Shown: positions 1 through 10,694 of the stretch, one piece after another | Layout of the letters: the number at the start of each line of letters is the position of its first letter | How positions within the stretch are numbered: the stretch's first letter is position 1 | NCBI GenBank assembly: GCA_023205875.1 | Contig: CP060754.1 | Coordinates: forward strand, 1,674,001-1,738,000 | Direction of reading: 5' to 3' | Source of the DNA: Chloropicon primus | Lineage: Eukaryota | Length of the DNA stretch: 64,000 bases | Position numbers and translations under genes: made by a program | Notes under the pieces: generated by a model | What the model saw: the letters and a program-made list of their open reading frames with translations, nothing else | Told to the model about the DNA's origin: nothing | Databases searched by the model: none

Positions 1-196
1 GGTGGATGAATCAATCGTTGAAGGAAACACCTTCGAGGTGCGCGAGGGAGGGGGAGAGACACGCTCGGAAGGGTCAGAGATCGATAGGACTTCTCCACAC
101 CTTTAAGGGGATACCACCTTTGCCTAGGTTTGATCCTCCGCGAGAAGGTGCTGGATCATCATCAACGTCGTCGTCTGTCGTCGTTGCTGATCTAGG

Positions 197-1422
197 ATGA
201 TGAGGATGATGATGAAGGCAGCTGTTGCAAGGGCGAGGAGGGAAGGTGGTGGAGGTCTGGAGCTCAAGGTGGAGTCCGTGCCTCGACCGGTGCCGGACCA
301 CGCTAAGGATGAGGCGCTTGTGAAGGTCACGCGGGCAGGAGTGTGCAACACGGACTTGGAGATCATGAGAGGCTACATGGGCTTTGAGGGTATCCTGGGC
401 CACGAGTTCGTGGGCGTCGTGGAGGATGCGCCCCCCGGGAGGCGAGAGGAGTTCCTTGGCAAGCGGGTGTGCGCTGACATCAACGTGACTTGCGACGACG
501 GGGGGGTCTGCGGTGTTTGCTGCATCAAGGAGGAGGGACACGAGCTGGTGGCGAGGCGGAGAAGGAACCACTGTCCGCGTCGGACTGTGATGGGGATCTT
601 GGGGAGAAGCGGTTGGTAAGCGCGCCCAGTGCTTGGATCGAGAAATGTTCTTCCGCAGTCTGACTCTTGTGTCCCGTATCTCGTCTTCTTAGCTTTGCGG
701 AGTACATCGTTCTGCCCTGCAGGAACCTCCACGTCGTGGACGACAACGTCTCGAACGAGGAGGCCTGCTTCAGCGAGCCTCTCGCAGCCGCGCTGAGGAT
801 TGTCGAGCAGCAACTCGCCTCATGCGCTGATGAGAGGGTCGCCGTCCTGGGGGACGGTAAGTTGGGCCTGCTCATCGCAGCCGCACTCGTGACCTCCTTG
901 AGGCAGCAAAAGCGGGGGATGTCCGGGGCGGGGACGAAGGTCTTCGTGTTCGGGAGGCACAGGAAGAAGCTCCAGATGCTGCAAACGCTGTCGACGGGCG
1001 GCGGTGGAGTGGAAGTTGAGCTCGTAGACACCAGCACTCCCGAGGGTCAGTCGACCTTGACCGATGCTGCGGCCTCAATGGACTGCGTGGTGGAGGCAAC
1101 AGGAAGCCCCAACGGTTTCGACCAGGCATGCGGTCTCCTCCACCCCCTCGGCACGCTTGTCCTGAAAAGCACGTGCGCGGCTGGTGTAGAGAAAGGATTG
1201 AACTTGGCAATGATCGTTATTGACGAGCTCAGGGTCGTGGGAAGTCGCTGCGGGCCAACTGATTTGGCTCTGAAGGTCCTCGCCGACCAGGGCCCCTTAG
1301 GTTTTAAGCACACCTTCCCTCTTGGGGAGCTCGTGGAGGCCGTGTACAAGCTGGACGACATCCAGGAGGCATTCGAGAAGGCGGGGGAGCGGGGAAGCTT
1401 GAAGGTCGTTGTAGAAATGTAA
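197..1422 (+). CDS. Zinc-dependent medium-chain (MDR) alcohol dehydrogenase-like protein; one intron 616-692
   Basis: GVCNTD and GHEFVG catalytic Zn motifs, EPLAAA, Rossmann VLGDGKLG, VVGSRCG. Splicing GTAAG(616)..TTAG(692), with a CTGAC branch site, joins the two ORFs in frame (GCFAEY). Confidence 0.9.
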
Positions 1423-1451
1423 TCAAATGATTTGTGTTGTACAAGAAGAGC

Positions 1452-2693
1452 TCAACTGGTGGCGATAGGGTTACAATTGATGTTGTGGATGTTTGCCTCC
1501 TTCTGCTGGAACTCCTTATGGGAGCACAGAGAGGCCGAGGCGAACTCCACCAAGTACTGACAGCTGCTCGTCTCCGTCACGGTCTTCAGGGAGTCCTTCT
1601 GCGTTGGCGAGCAAGAAAAATTCACGATAGTCTTCCTGTTCATCCCCGTCAAGTCGCACTTTGTTCCCTCGTCATAGACGAATTGCAGCGTCCTTTGGCC
1701 CTTCTTCATGAAGGACTCCATGGTCCTGTTCGCGTTGAAGGTGCCCAAGTTGTAGCTGCTCAAGATGACGTTGTGCTCGGAGTGGTACTGCCTGATGTGA
1801 GTGAGGGGGCAAAGCTCGTACGTCCACCAGCCATCGGCCTTCTTGTGGCAGTCGTTCACGGTGGCATCCCCAAGAAGGTTGCGCACCCGCTTCTCGAAGG
1901 CGGCCTCCGCGTCCACGACTTCGTCGTCCTCTTCTGGTGTGCCGTCGTCCTCGCCCTCGTCCGCCGGCGCCTCGACCTGCTGGACGACCGGAACGCGGCA
2001 CTCCAACTTCACTCCCTCAAAGTTGGTCACCACGACCCTTCTGAACCCCTCCCAGCTCTCTGAGGTCGAGTCCGGCCTCAAGACCGGCGTCGAGCTCGAG
2101 ACTCCCACGACGAAGTGGTTATCCCTCTCGAAGGTGTCGAGCCTGTCCCCTTTGAGGTCACCGATGTCAACCCCAGTCTCCTTCTTCACAGCGTGGTTTT
2201 GCACGTAAACTTTGACGTTCCCCTTCTCAATGGCTTTCTTCAGGTTCTTCACAAGATCTTCTCGCAGCTCCTCCTTCGACTCCTCCGCCTCCACCGCCTC
2301 CTGCGCGATACCCTCGCCCTCCTCCACGGCCACCTCCTGTTCGGCCGGGGGCTCCGCCTCCACCGCCTCCTGCGCGATACCCTCGCCCTCCTCCACGGCC
2401 GCCTCCTGTTCGGCCGTGGGCTCCGCCTCCACCGCCTCCTGGGCGATACCCTCCCCCTCCTCCTCCTCCTCCTCCTCCCCGTGTGGTGCCTGTGCCCGTG
2501 TCTCCTCTGGATGCACTTCTACTTCCTCCTCGGGAACCGCCCCTTGCAATTCCGCCATGGCCTCCACAGGCACCGCACCCGAGTGTTCCTCCACCTCGTG
2601 AGCCTCCTGCACCTCCGCCCTCGCCGGTACCGCGACAAAGACGAGGGCCAGGACCAAGACAATCGCCACGACACTCCACCTCGACGACGCCAT
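1452..2693 (-). CDS. OS-9/PRKCSH-like ER lectin (MRH domain) with signal peptide
   Basis: Signal peptide MASSRWSVVAIVLVLALVFVAVPARA; C-terminal motifs C..K.DGWWTYELCP..HIRQYH, YDEGTKCDLTG..RKT.V.F.C, E..SCQY. The ORF extension upstream of 2693 is microsatellite/UTR. Confidence 0.85.
   Translation of the reverse strand: MASSRWSVVAIVLVLALVFVAVPARAEVQEAHEVEEHSGAVPVEAMAELQGAVPEEEVEVHPEETRAQAPHGEEEEEEEGEGIAQEAVEAEPTAEQEAAVEEGEGIAQEAVEAEPPAEQEVAVEEGEGIAQEAVEAEESKEELREDLVKNLKKAIEKGNVKVYVQNHAVKKETGVDIGDLKGDRLDTFERDNHFVVGVSSSTPVLRPDSTSESWEGFRRVVVTNFEGVKLECRVPVVQQVEAPADEGEDDGTPEEDDEVVDAEAAFEKRVRNLLGDATVNDCHKKADGWWTYELCPLTHIRQYHSEHNVILSSYNLGTFNANRTMESFMKKGQRTLQFVYDEGTKCDLTGMNRKTIVNFSCSPTQKDSLKTVTETSSCQYLVEFASASLCSHKEFQQKEANIHNINCNPIATS
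2283..2462 (-). repeat. Coding 69-bp tandem repeat (about 2.6 copies), EEGEGIAQEAVEAEP(T/P)AEQE(A/V)AV
   Basis: tccgcctccaccgcctcctg recurs at about 2284, 2353 and 2422. Confidence 0.9.
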
Positions 2694-2873
2694 CCTGAGA
2701 GAGAGAGAGAGAGAGAAGGGAAGGACGAGGAGGAGGACGAGAGCGGCGAGGAGGAGGAGGAGGAGGAGGAGACGATGCGGGTGTGTGGTGTGTTGAGGGG
2801 TGGCGGTGTTGTGTGGAGGAGGAGGATGGGGTGACAGGATAGTTGTTTGTTTGTTTGTTTGATTGATTGATTG

Positions 2874-4370
2874 ATGATTGACTTGAAGGTGTGCGAGAGG
2901 GGTCCTGACGGTTACCTGCAGCTCTCGGAGGGAAGAGGAGTGCGTTTCATTGACACGGATGAAGGTCTGGAGACGTTCTTCAGCTGCCAAGTGGGGGTGC
3001 TCTGCTTATGCGCCTTGGATGCGGAGTGGCCACCGGTGTTCTCGAACGATGGGACCAGGAGGAGGAGGGGACACACACAGGCAGCGACCCTGGCTCAGCT
3101 CGCCCTCGTGGACGAATCTCGCGCGCACCACTTCGTGGTGATAGACCTCATGAAGATATCTCCCGCTTTCGTGAAGCAACACATCATCCAAGCAATCTTC
3201 GAGTGCAGCGACGTCGTCAAAGTAGGGTACTCGCTCTGGCAGGACGTCAAAGCAGTTGTGGTGTCCACCACCTCCTCCTCTACCGAGGGAGGTCATCATC
3301 ACCAAAACCACCAGGAAGAGCTCAACGGGCTGAGAGAGATGTCCAAAGGAACAAGTTGGGTCGACCTTCAGAGGTACCACGGCGAGTTCATCAATCCTCG
3401 GGGTTCGGCGCTGGGGCTGACGGACCTCACAAGTGTGCTCCTGGGGTGCCCACTGAATAAGGCGCTCCAATGCAGTGCTTGGGGGGACAGACCATTGCGC
3501 CAGGATCAATTGGAGTACGCGGCGTTGGACGCTGCTTGTCTCCTCGATGCGTTTGGAAAGACGGTGGACCGGGTCCTCAAGGGAAAGGGGGAGGCACCGC
3601 TCAATCCAATGGATGCCGCCAAGGGCCTGGAGAGGGCCTTGAACGCAAAGTACGAGGAGCGGGCGAGCAGGAATAGGAGCCAGAATGGCAGGGGCCAAGG
3701 CAAGAAGAAGAAGAAGAAGAAGAAGCAAGGTCGCGCCAGGGGAGAGGTCGAAAGCCACGAAGGCGACGACTTGGATCGTGCAGATGAAGTTGCAGTGTTG
3801 TTGCAGGAGGGCTGCGAGGAGATCAAATCGATGATTTCAGGTTGGTTTGTGAAGAGAGAGGAGCCTCCAAAATTTATATGTGACGAGATGCTTGGCGGAC
3901 TTGCGAAGCAACTGCGAAGCTGTGGGTTGGACTGCGAGTTGGCCGTTCGACCCACGTCTAACTGCGACTACGTCAGGGAGATGGTCGAGACGGCTGAGAG
4001 GGAGGACAGAATCCTCCTCACGAGCTCAGTGCGGCTCTACCAACGAAGGCTCACGGAACAGGTCGTTTTAGTGAGGACGAGAGGACGGCGTGAGCAACTG
4101 CAGCAAATCTTGGCCGCTTTTGCTGTCTCAGTCCCAGACTCTAACCTCTTCACGCGGTGCATCCTTTGTAACGGGAGGTTCGAGCGGTGCACAGAGGAAG
4201 CCAAGCTGGAATCGATCGCTCCCGCGATCCGAAGGAAGCACGAGGCTTTCTTCGAGTGCGTGCGATGCAAGAAAGTGTATTGGGAGGGCAAAAAATACGA
4301 AACTGCTTTTCAAGGGCTCAAGGGCTCATTGGAGAAACTCACCCTGGGAGCAGGGAAGGACGCACGCTAG
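2874..4370 (+). CDS. Mut-7/EXD3-like DEDDy 3'-5' exonuclease with Mut7-C domain
   Basis: ExoI ALDAEW, ExoII SLWQD, ExoIII QLEYAALDA; Mut7-C motifs FICDEMLGGLAKQLR, TRCILCN, ECVRCKKVYWEG. Confidence 0.9.
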   Translation: MIDLKVCERGPDGYLQLSEGRGVRFIDTDEGLETFFSCQVGVLCLCALDAEWPPVFSNDGTRRRRGHTQAATLAQLALVDESRAHHFVVIDLMKISPAFVKQHIIQAIFECSDVVKVGYSLWQDVKAVVVSTTSSSTEGGHHHQNHQEELNGLREMSKGTSWVDLQRYHGEFINPRGSALGLTDLTSVLLGCPLNKALQCSAWGDRPLRQDQLEYAALDAACLLDAFGKTVDRVLKGKGEAPLNPMDAAKGLERALNAKYEERASRNRSQNGRGQGKKKKKKKKQGRARGEVESHEGDDLDRADEVAVLLQEGCEEIKSMISGWFVKREEPPKFICDEMLGGLAKQLRSCGLDCELAVRPTSNCDYVREMVETAEREDRILLTSSVRLYQRRLTEQVVLVRTRGRREQLQQILAAFAVSVPDSNLFTRCILCNGRFERCTEEAKLESIAPAIRRKHEAFFECVRCKKVYWEGKKYETAFQGLKGSLEKLTLGAGKDAR

Positions 4371-4426
4371 CTGTCAAGAGGTAATATATACGATACGATT
4401 ATGGCTCCATGATTCTTGTTTTCAGC

Positions 4427-5365
4427 TTATTGGTACAGTTGGATGAGCTGGTCGCTCACCGCGGCCGGAGTGAGGACGCCGAGGTCCGTGATCAGGAGAG
4501 TGATGTTCTCGGGCGGCGTGTAGTCGTTCAGAGGCACGACGAGCTCGCTACTTCCTATTTCGACCTTCTCCGTGGCCATGGAGAGATCCCTCTGGTGAAG
4601 GGGATAAAGCCTCGAGAACTTGTAACTCTCCGCGGCAACGTACACGGGCTTCCCCTTCACTCCAGCGAGCAGGGTCATCTGGTACGTCCCCACCTTGTTG
4701 ATGATCCCGCCACTCTCCACGACGGCCTCCGCGCCGATCAAGACCATGTCGACCTCCTCGAGCCTGTGCGCGACCTGCGCATCCAGGATCATGGTGACCT
4801 GGATGTTCGCCCTCTCCAGAGCCTTGTACATTCGGAGCCCCTCCGTCCCGGGTTTCGACTCCACGACGATGACCGTGAAGAACTTTCCTTTGCTCGCCGC
4901 CGTCTCCAGCAAGTTCAGAATGACCGAGCTGCACCCGAGGACCATGACCACGCAGCCGCCGTGAAGGAACCTCTCCCCGAGCTCGGCTATCTTGGCCTTC
5001 GAGGCCAAGGATATCTCCGCAAATTTGTTGCCTCTGTCTATCAGGTGCTGCTTCAGGGCCTCGAAGTCGCTCACGTCCAGGGCCGTCGTCCTCGTCACGA
5101 ACCGGAGAAAGAGCTCGCTCGCCGCGGACACCGATATTGCCGTGGGATAGCTGCGCTTCAACTCCTCCGTCGAGGCGTGGAGGTCCTTCTCAAGCCCCAT
5201 CACCGTCGTCGCCGTCGACCGCTGTATCGCTCGGGTCAGCGTCCTTATCACGGCCACCGCCACAGTCACTTCCGTGCTCTTCTGCAGCTCCTCGTGCAAG
5301 TGCCGCGTCACCGTCCCCTGCACCGCCTGTCCCGCCATCCCACTCATAGCCCCCACGGCTGCCAT
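4427..5365 (-). CDS. EIF2B1: Translation initiation factor eIF-2B alpha subunit
   Basis: SAASELFLRFVTRT, IGAEAVVESGGIINKVGTYQ, YVAAESYKFSRLYPL, DYTPP..ITLLITDLGVLTPAAVSDQLIQLY. The start ATG is uncertain among several. Confidence 0.93.
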   Translation of the reverse strand: MAAVGAMSGMAGQAVQGTVTRHLHEELQKSTEVTVAVAVIRTLTRAIQRSTATTVMGLEKDLHASTEELKRSYPTAISVSAASELFLRFVTRTTALDVSDFEALKQHLIDRGNKFAEISLASKAKIAELGERFLHGGCVVMVLGCSSVILNLLETAASKGKFFTVIVVESKPGTEGLRMYKALERANIQVTMILDAQVAHRLEEVDMVLIGAEAVVESGGIINKVGTYQMTLLAGVKGKPVYVAAESYKFSRLYPLHQRDLSMATEKVEIGSSELVVPLNDYTPPENITLLITDLGVLTPAAVSDQLIQLYQ

Positions 5366-5779
5366 GCTGCTCCCTCCCTCCCTCGCTCTGTTCGCCAAGT
5401 CCCGGTCCCCGCAATTCCCTCCGCCGCCCCGAGTCAAAGGAGATCACGCGCTCTTCGACCCGCCAAGCTTCCCCCCCCTCTCTCGCACCCCTCGGCCTCC
5501 GCCACGCCGTCCTTCCCCTGCCTCAAACGTCCGCCACCGTCGTCGCCCCTGAGTGAGTGAACCCTAAGCGGTTACTTCAGAGCGCGCGCGCGAGACAGAG
5601 ACAGAGAGAGAGACAGAGACAGAGAGAGAGGAGAGAGCGGAGGAGGAGGGCGAAGTCCGCTTGTGTTGTTGAGGAGGCGAGGCGCTCTTCTTCTTCTTCT
5701 TCTTTTTCTTCTTCTTTGCGTTGGCAGGAGGCGGTTGGTGGTTTGGGTTTTGATCGACATCGACTCCACACGGCATACG

Positions 5780-6448
5780 ATGGCGGAAGGGGAGAAGGGG
5801 GAGGGGGCAGAAGTGGTGGAGGACAAGGTTGAGAAGAAGGTGTTGCCGAACAAGTGGGACATGGGTTCGGTGAAGCACACCCTCGACGAGGTGATCGCGG
5901 ACGTGGTCACGAGGGACTGCGAGTATCCGGAGGACTTCACGGCGAGTAATGTGCGGAACGTGCTGTCTCTTTTGGCTTGCCTCATGGCGCCAGCGTCGCA
6001 CTTCGTGCCCCCGTACATGGAGAAGAACGAGGTGTACTTCCTTTCGAGTGAGATGAAGACCTCGAAAAACTTGTTCGTGCTCGCTTGCGTGGTGGTGTTT
6101 GGAGTAAACTTCTTGGCCCTGCTGGCGTTCCAGTTCATGTACGAGAGGGAGGCGATCCTGTTCACGAGGCAGAAGGAGGGGTCCTACTCGACGAGCGGCT
6201 TGAGGGTCTCGACGGTGATGAACAGGTTCGACGACGTGTACAAGATCACCCTCGAGGAGAGGAAGGCGGGGGGCAACACGGGGAGCAAGGAGAAGCTCTT
6301 TGGGAAGGACCCGATGACTTTCGAGAAGAGCGTGACAAAGTGGATCGACGAGGACGGGGTCATCGTGCAGGACGTCGTTGCCAGCGACGTCGCAAAGTTC
6401 GTGAGGGCGTTCGAAAAATCGGCCTACAAGTCAAAGAAGTCAAAGTAG
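5780..6448 (+). CDS. SPCS2: Signal peptidase complex subunit 2 (SPC25/SPCS2)
   Basis: NKWDMGSVKHTLDE, two TM segments, RFDDVY, FEKSVTKWIDEDG. Confidence 0.88.
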   Translation: MAEGEKGEGAEVVEDKVEKKVLPNKWDMGSVKHTLDEVIADVVTRDCEYPEDFTASNVRNVLSLLACLMAPASHFVPPYMEKNEVYFLSSEMKTSKNLFVLACVVVFGVNFLALLAFQFMYEREAILFTRQKEGSYSTSGLRVSTVMNRFDDVYKITLEERKAGGNTGSKEKLFGKDPMTFEKSVTKWIDEDGVIVQDVVASDVAKFVRAFEKSAYKSKKSK

Positions 6449-6554
6449 GGGGGGCGAACGCGTCCAGCGACAATCGCATCTGATATTGTTTGTAAAAGTA
6501 ATATGTTGTACCGATACGGGTTTTAAGCTTCGCCGTCGTCCGTGCGGGCAGCCC

Positions 6555-7499
6555 TCAGTCCCAGTCGGAGTTGATGTCGTAAGGAAGAAAGTCCTGGCCC
6601 TCGCCAAGCCCCTCCTCGTCGTCGTCCCCCACGAAATCAAAACTCTCGTAGTCGTCCGCATCGCCGTTGCCGTAGGGAGACTGCTGCTGTCTCTCGAATT
6701 CGACGTAGTCCCCCCCTCGCCCTTCGTACCCACGGCCCCGGTCCGAGAAACCGTAACTTCCCGGACCCCGAGGCTGCTGGTTCTGCGCCCTGCCTCTGCC
6801 ACCGCCATACGACCCCGCGGCGCTGGACGAGTAGTACGACTCGCTCACGTTGCCGTACCCATCGGTCCCGTAGTAACGGTCCTCGGCGTCGTAGTCGTCG
6901 CCCGAAGTCTCTTGGCCAGGCAAAACGCTTCCGCCACCCCTCCTCCTCTCCTTTTCCATCTCCCTGTCCACCCTCGCTTGGATCTCCTCGTTCACTTGGC
7001 CCCTGAGGTTGACGGCCTCCGCCGCAAAGGTCGCCGCCGCTGCCGCGGTCAGAATCTGGCCGAAGAGGAGCAGGGGGTCCAGCCTCCACCCCTGGAAGAT
7101 GAGGATCCCCCCGCAGAGCAAGGCCACGGAGGCGAACATGATGTCGTAGTCCTTGCTGACTTCGGGTCGGACCACTCGCACCTGGTAGAGCGCCAGCCCC
7201 GAGGCCACCATCCCCGAACCCAGGATCATGGCCGGCCCGAAGTCCACGTTCACCAGCGCCCTCGTCACCTCCCTGCACTTTCGCAGCCGCCCTCCAGACT
7301 GCTTGACCTTCCTCGCGCGACGACGTCTTGGCCCCGCGACGCAGGCGCACAAGGCCACGCCACCTGCCGGCACCCTCCTCTCCCGAAACGTCCTCGGCAA
7401 GGCCAACGCCGTCGACCCTGAAGGTGTCAACCACGACGACGACGACGACGAAGAGGAGGATACCCCGCACGCCCCTTGTATCCCCTTTCCCCTCAGCAT
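6555..7499 (-). CDS. ycf66: Nuclear-encoded Ycf66 family protein with putative transit peptide
   Basis: LYQVRVVRPEVSKDYDIMFASVALLCGGILIFQGWRLDPLLLFGQ is the Ycf66 N-terminal signature; Ser/Arg-rich N-terminal extension; low-complexity tail. Confidence 0.85.
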   Translation of the reverse strand: MLRGKGIQGACGVSSSSSSSSSWLTPSGSTALALPRTFRERRVPAGGVALCACVAGPRRRRARKVKQSGGRLRKCREVTRALVNVDFGPAMILGSGMVASGLALYQVRVVRPEVSKDYDIMFASVALLCGGILIFQGWRLDPLLLFGQILTAAAAATFAAEAVNLRGQVNEEIQARVDREMEKERRRGGGSVLPGQETSGDDYDAEDRYYGTDGYGNVSESYYSSSAAGSYGGGRGRAQNQQPRGPGSYGFSDRGRGYEGRGGDYVEFERQQQSPYGNGDADDYESFDFVGDDDEEGLGEGQDFLPYDINSDWD

Positions 7500-8240
7500 G
7501 GTCTCCCCCTCTCCCAGAGTCGCTCTCTCTCTCTCTCAAGGACCGAGTCGCTCTCTCGCTCTCTGCTTTGCTTTTTTCCGGCAAACCTCATCCAGAAGCA
7601 TGAAGCTACACTTGTTTCTTTCAAAAAGCATGGTGAAGGGCGAGGAGGAAGAGGAAGGAGGGAGGAGGAAGTTCCCATGAGGAGATCCTTTCCTTTCCAT
7701 CTTGTTCTTGTTCTTGTCTTGTCTTTCTCTTGTCTTGTCTTTCTCTTGTCTTTCTCTTGTCTTGTCTTCCTCCTCCTCCGGGTGGATTGGGGAAGGAGGA
7801 CGAGTACGAGGACGAGGACGAGTAAGATTCCTTGCCTCCCTGCCTCCCTGCCTCTCGTGCTCCCTGCCTCTCGGCTGTGCTGTGTCTTGTGTCTCCTTAT
7901 TCAAACTGGAGGATCGGGACGAAGGAGGGGAAGGGAGGGATCCAGGAGCCAGCCAGAAGCGGCAGGAGGACAAAGACACCGCCTTGGCCTTGGCCTTGGA
8001 CACGACGGACCTGGGACCTGGGCCTGGGAAGACGAGGAGGGACCGGCAGGGGGATCCAGCAAGAAGCGGCGATAGGATGGGGACACCTTGTGGGTACGAC
8101 GACGGAGTCGAGGCATGAAACAAGGGAGGGGAGGGGAAGCGAGGAAGGTGGGCGACGGCCACGAGGAGTGTTGTCGTGCCAGGATCTGGAACCGAGACGT
8201 GCGCTTTGGGTGCGGTGTCCAATAAGAATATACATGGGGG

Positions 8241-10694
8241 ATGAGCTGCTTTAGACTGGGAAAGCAGACCAGCTCGTCGGAGGGCGGTGCGTCCGTGTCC
8301 GGCGCGACGGATCGGGAGGCACCAAGAACTTGCAGCGAGCTCGTGCTCCTGGTGGGGCTACACAACTTCTTCAACCTCGACCTGCTGCACAGGGGCTGGT
8401 TCAAAGTTAGCGTGGACGTGAGGGTTGTGGACGGGGGGCTTCTGGGAAGCTCCTCGCGCGACAGGAGCCTGCAGCGGTCAGAATGCGAGGTTGACCTCGC
8501 CATGGACACCCAGGGCCACAACAGCGCGAGCACGAGCCCCGAGAAGGGGGACTCGCACGCGTCGGCGTACGCCAAGGGATCGGGGGGCTCTGCGCCCTCG
8601 ATGTACAGGGACAAGAACCTGAAGACCTTCTGTGCCCCGTTCTACATCGAGTACATCGAACAGGACGTCCTTATTCAGAAGACGGTCTTGTACAGGATCA
8701 CCCTGAAGAACCACGAGCTGCTGGAGAGGGCAAAGATCGAGCTGAACTTCACGCTCCACCACGCCGCCCTTTCCGAGGACACGAAACCGAGCTCGAGCTC
8801 CTTCATGGCGGCGGCGAGCGAGAAGATCACGCTGAGCAACCTTTACAACGTCCAGCAGTACTTTGTGCCCCTCCACTTCGAGAAGAGCTTCTTGTCCCTG
8901 ACGAACGTGAGCATCTTCGCTTCCCTGGGTGGGCTGATCTCGGGCAAGAGGAAGTCGTCGCTCTCGTGCGCGATCGACCGGAGCTCCCTGGATAGCCTGG
9001 ACGCGGACAGCTGGTCCAGCTTCCTTTCGTTGAAGTCGAACCCGACGCCTTCCAAGGAGCAGGAGCACCACTTCGGGTCGACGATCACGGAGGAGGACTT
9101 GAGGAAGGAGCCCCCGGAGGTCCTGGAGGGCCTCATCTGCAAGCTCCAGGAGACCCTGAGCCAGCTGTTCGTGCTGGAGAGCGTGGGAAAGAGCAAGCAG
9201 ATGTCCGGGAACATCAGCGAGTTCAGGCAGAACCTGATGAACCTGCCTACGCTGGAGAGCAAGGACCCGACGAAGCTCGCCAAGGAAGTCATGAAGATCC
9301 TGATCGAGCTCAGGAAGCTGTGCAGGTTTGCGATCATGCAACACACGTCCCCGGCTCAGAACATGGTTTCCTTCCTTTTCGAGCACTGGAGGGCGTCCCG
9401 GTTCAGGGTCTGGTCCAAGCACATCAAGCACCAGGTGGACAGGTACGAGAGGAAGGTCTTGAGGCCGGCGTCCTCCTCCCTGAGCAACGAGAACTCGTCC
9501 TCGTCTCGCAAGGACTCGTGCAAGAGCGACGGGCCAAGGTCGCGGAAGGTCAGCAAGATGGACATCATGCACCAGATGCAGTACACCGACGAAAGGTTCG
9601 CGGCGGAGGCTTGCCCAACCATCTACACGGACCAGCCGTGCAGTTTCGATTACGAGCCTAGCGAGGAGGCCCCGATCTTGGACATCCTTCGACTCCACGA
9701 GTTCCCGGAGGTCATCAACGTCGAGAGCAACATCGGGACGTCCAAGTTCATGGACTTCCTCAACTCCGAGGAGGGCCGGCCGAAGCACATCATCTTCTTC
9801 GTCCACGGCTTCATGGGCGGCCCCCAGGACCTGCGGTACTTCCACAGCTTCCTCAAGCTGAGGTACCCCCACGTCATCTGCCACTACTCCAAGGAGAACT
9901 TCAAGAAGACCGACTCGAGCTTCGAGGACATGGGGGGGAGGCTCGCCGCGGAGGTCCTCCAGGTGGTGGAGAGGCTCATGCCGCCCCTCGCGCAGAACGG
10001 GGGCCCGGGCGCGGCCGAAGGCCGGGCGACTTCTTGGGAGGACTACGGCGGGCTGAGAATAAGCTTCGTGGGGCACTCGATCGGGAACATCATCATCAGG
10101 GCGGCTCTGGCCATGCCCCAGATGAAGGTGCTGAGGAAGTTCCTGTGGACGTTCCTCTCCGTGAGCGGCCCCCACACCGGGTTCCAGGGCGTGAATGCCG
10201 TGCAGAAGGCCGCCCTCGTGTTCCTGACCAAGTTCAGGAAGGTGAGGTCCATCTGCGAGCTCAGCATGTGCGACCAGAGGAACCACGAGGACTCGTTCCT
10301 GTACAAGCTGTCCAAGAAGCCTACCTTTGCCCACTTCAAGTACGTCCTGCTGCTGGGCTCCAAGCAGGACGGCTACGTCCCGCCAGGGTCCGCCACGATG
10401 ACCAAGATGGTGAACGTCGACAGGGACGGGAAGCTGCACGGGGACCTCGTAGACAACTTCATCTCGGAGATCAGCAACAGCGCGAGCCTTTCCGCCAGCG
10501 CGAGGTCCGCCCACGCGTACAGGTACGTCGTGGACTTCCAGAAGCTGAGGGCCCACAGCGTCGCGCAGAGGGTGATAGGGCGGGCAGCCCACGTGGAGCT
10601 CCTGTGCTCCCCGACTTACATCCCCATGTTCACCTGGTGCCTCCTCACCCCCGAGATGTTCGGCCAACCGGACAAGATCGTGATCGACATCTAG
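8241..10694 (+). CDS. FAM135-like protein (DUF3657 plus DUF676 alpha/beta hydrolase)
   Basis: LHNFFNLDLLHRGWF N-terminus; FFVHGFMG, ISFVGHSIG nucleophile elbow, SGPHTG, QDGYVP, IGRAAH. Confidence 0.88.
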   Translation: MSCFRLGKQTSSSEGGASVSGATDREAPRTCSELVLLVGLHNFFNLDLLHRGWFKVSVDVRVVDGGLLGSSSRDRSLQRSECEVDLAMDTQGHNSASTSPEKGDSHASAYAKGSGGSAPSMYRDKNLKTFCAPFYIEYIEQDVLIQKTVLYRITLKNHELLERAKIELNFTLHHAALSEDTKPSSSSFMAAASEKITLSNLYNVQQYFVPLHFEKSFLSLTNVSIFASLGGLISGKRKSSLSCAIDRSSLDSLDADSWSSFLSLKSNPTPSKEQEHHFGSTITEEDLRKEPPEVLEGLICKLQETLSQLFVLESVGKSKQMSGNISEFRQNLMNLPTLESKDPTKLAKEVMKILIELRKLCRFAIMQHTSPAQNMVSFLFEHWRASRFRVWSKHIKHQVDRYERKVLRPASSSLSNENSSSSRKDSCKSDGPRSRKVSKMDIMHQMQYTDERFAAEACPTIYTDQPCSFDYEPSEEAPILDILRLHEFPEVINVESNIGTSKFMDFLNSEEGRPKHIIFFVHGFMGGPQDLRYFHSFLKLRYPHVICHYSKENFKKTDSSFEDMGGRLAAEVLQVVERLMPPLAQNGGPGAAEGRATSWEDYGGLRISFVGHSIGNIIIRAALAMPQMKVLRKFLWTFLSVSGPHTGFQGVNAVQKAALVFLTKFRKVRSICELSMCDQRNHEDSFLYKLSKKPTFAHFKYVLLLGSKQDGYVPPGSATMTKMVNVDRDGKLHGDLVDNFISEISNSASLSASARSAHAYRYVVDFQKLRAHSVAQRVIGRAAHVELLCSPTYIPMFTWCLLTPEMFGQPDKIVIDI

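Noticed and set aside
2694..2990. N-terminal ORF extensions in the track (also for SPCS2, RPL3, TRM7, SBP2, ARID)
   Set aside because: They begin at non-ATG codons or run through microsatellite UTR; homology begins at downstream ATGs.
7500..8240. ORFs in the ycf66-FAM135 intergenic region
   Set aside because: Translations of pyrimidine-rich simple repeats; probably promoter/UTR, with at most short uORFs.
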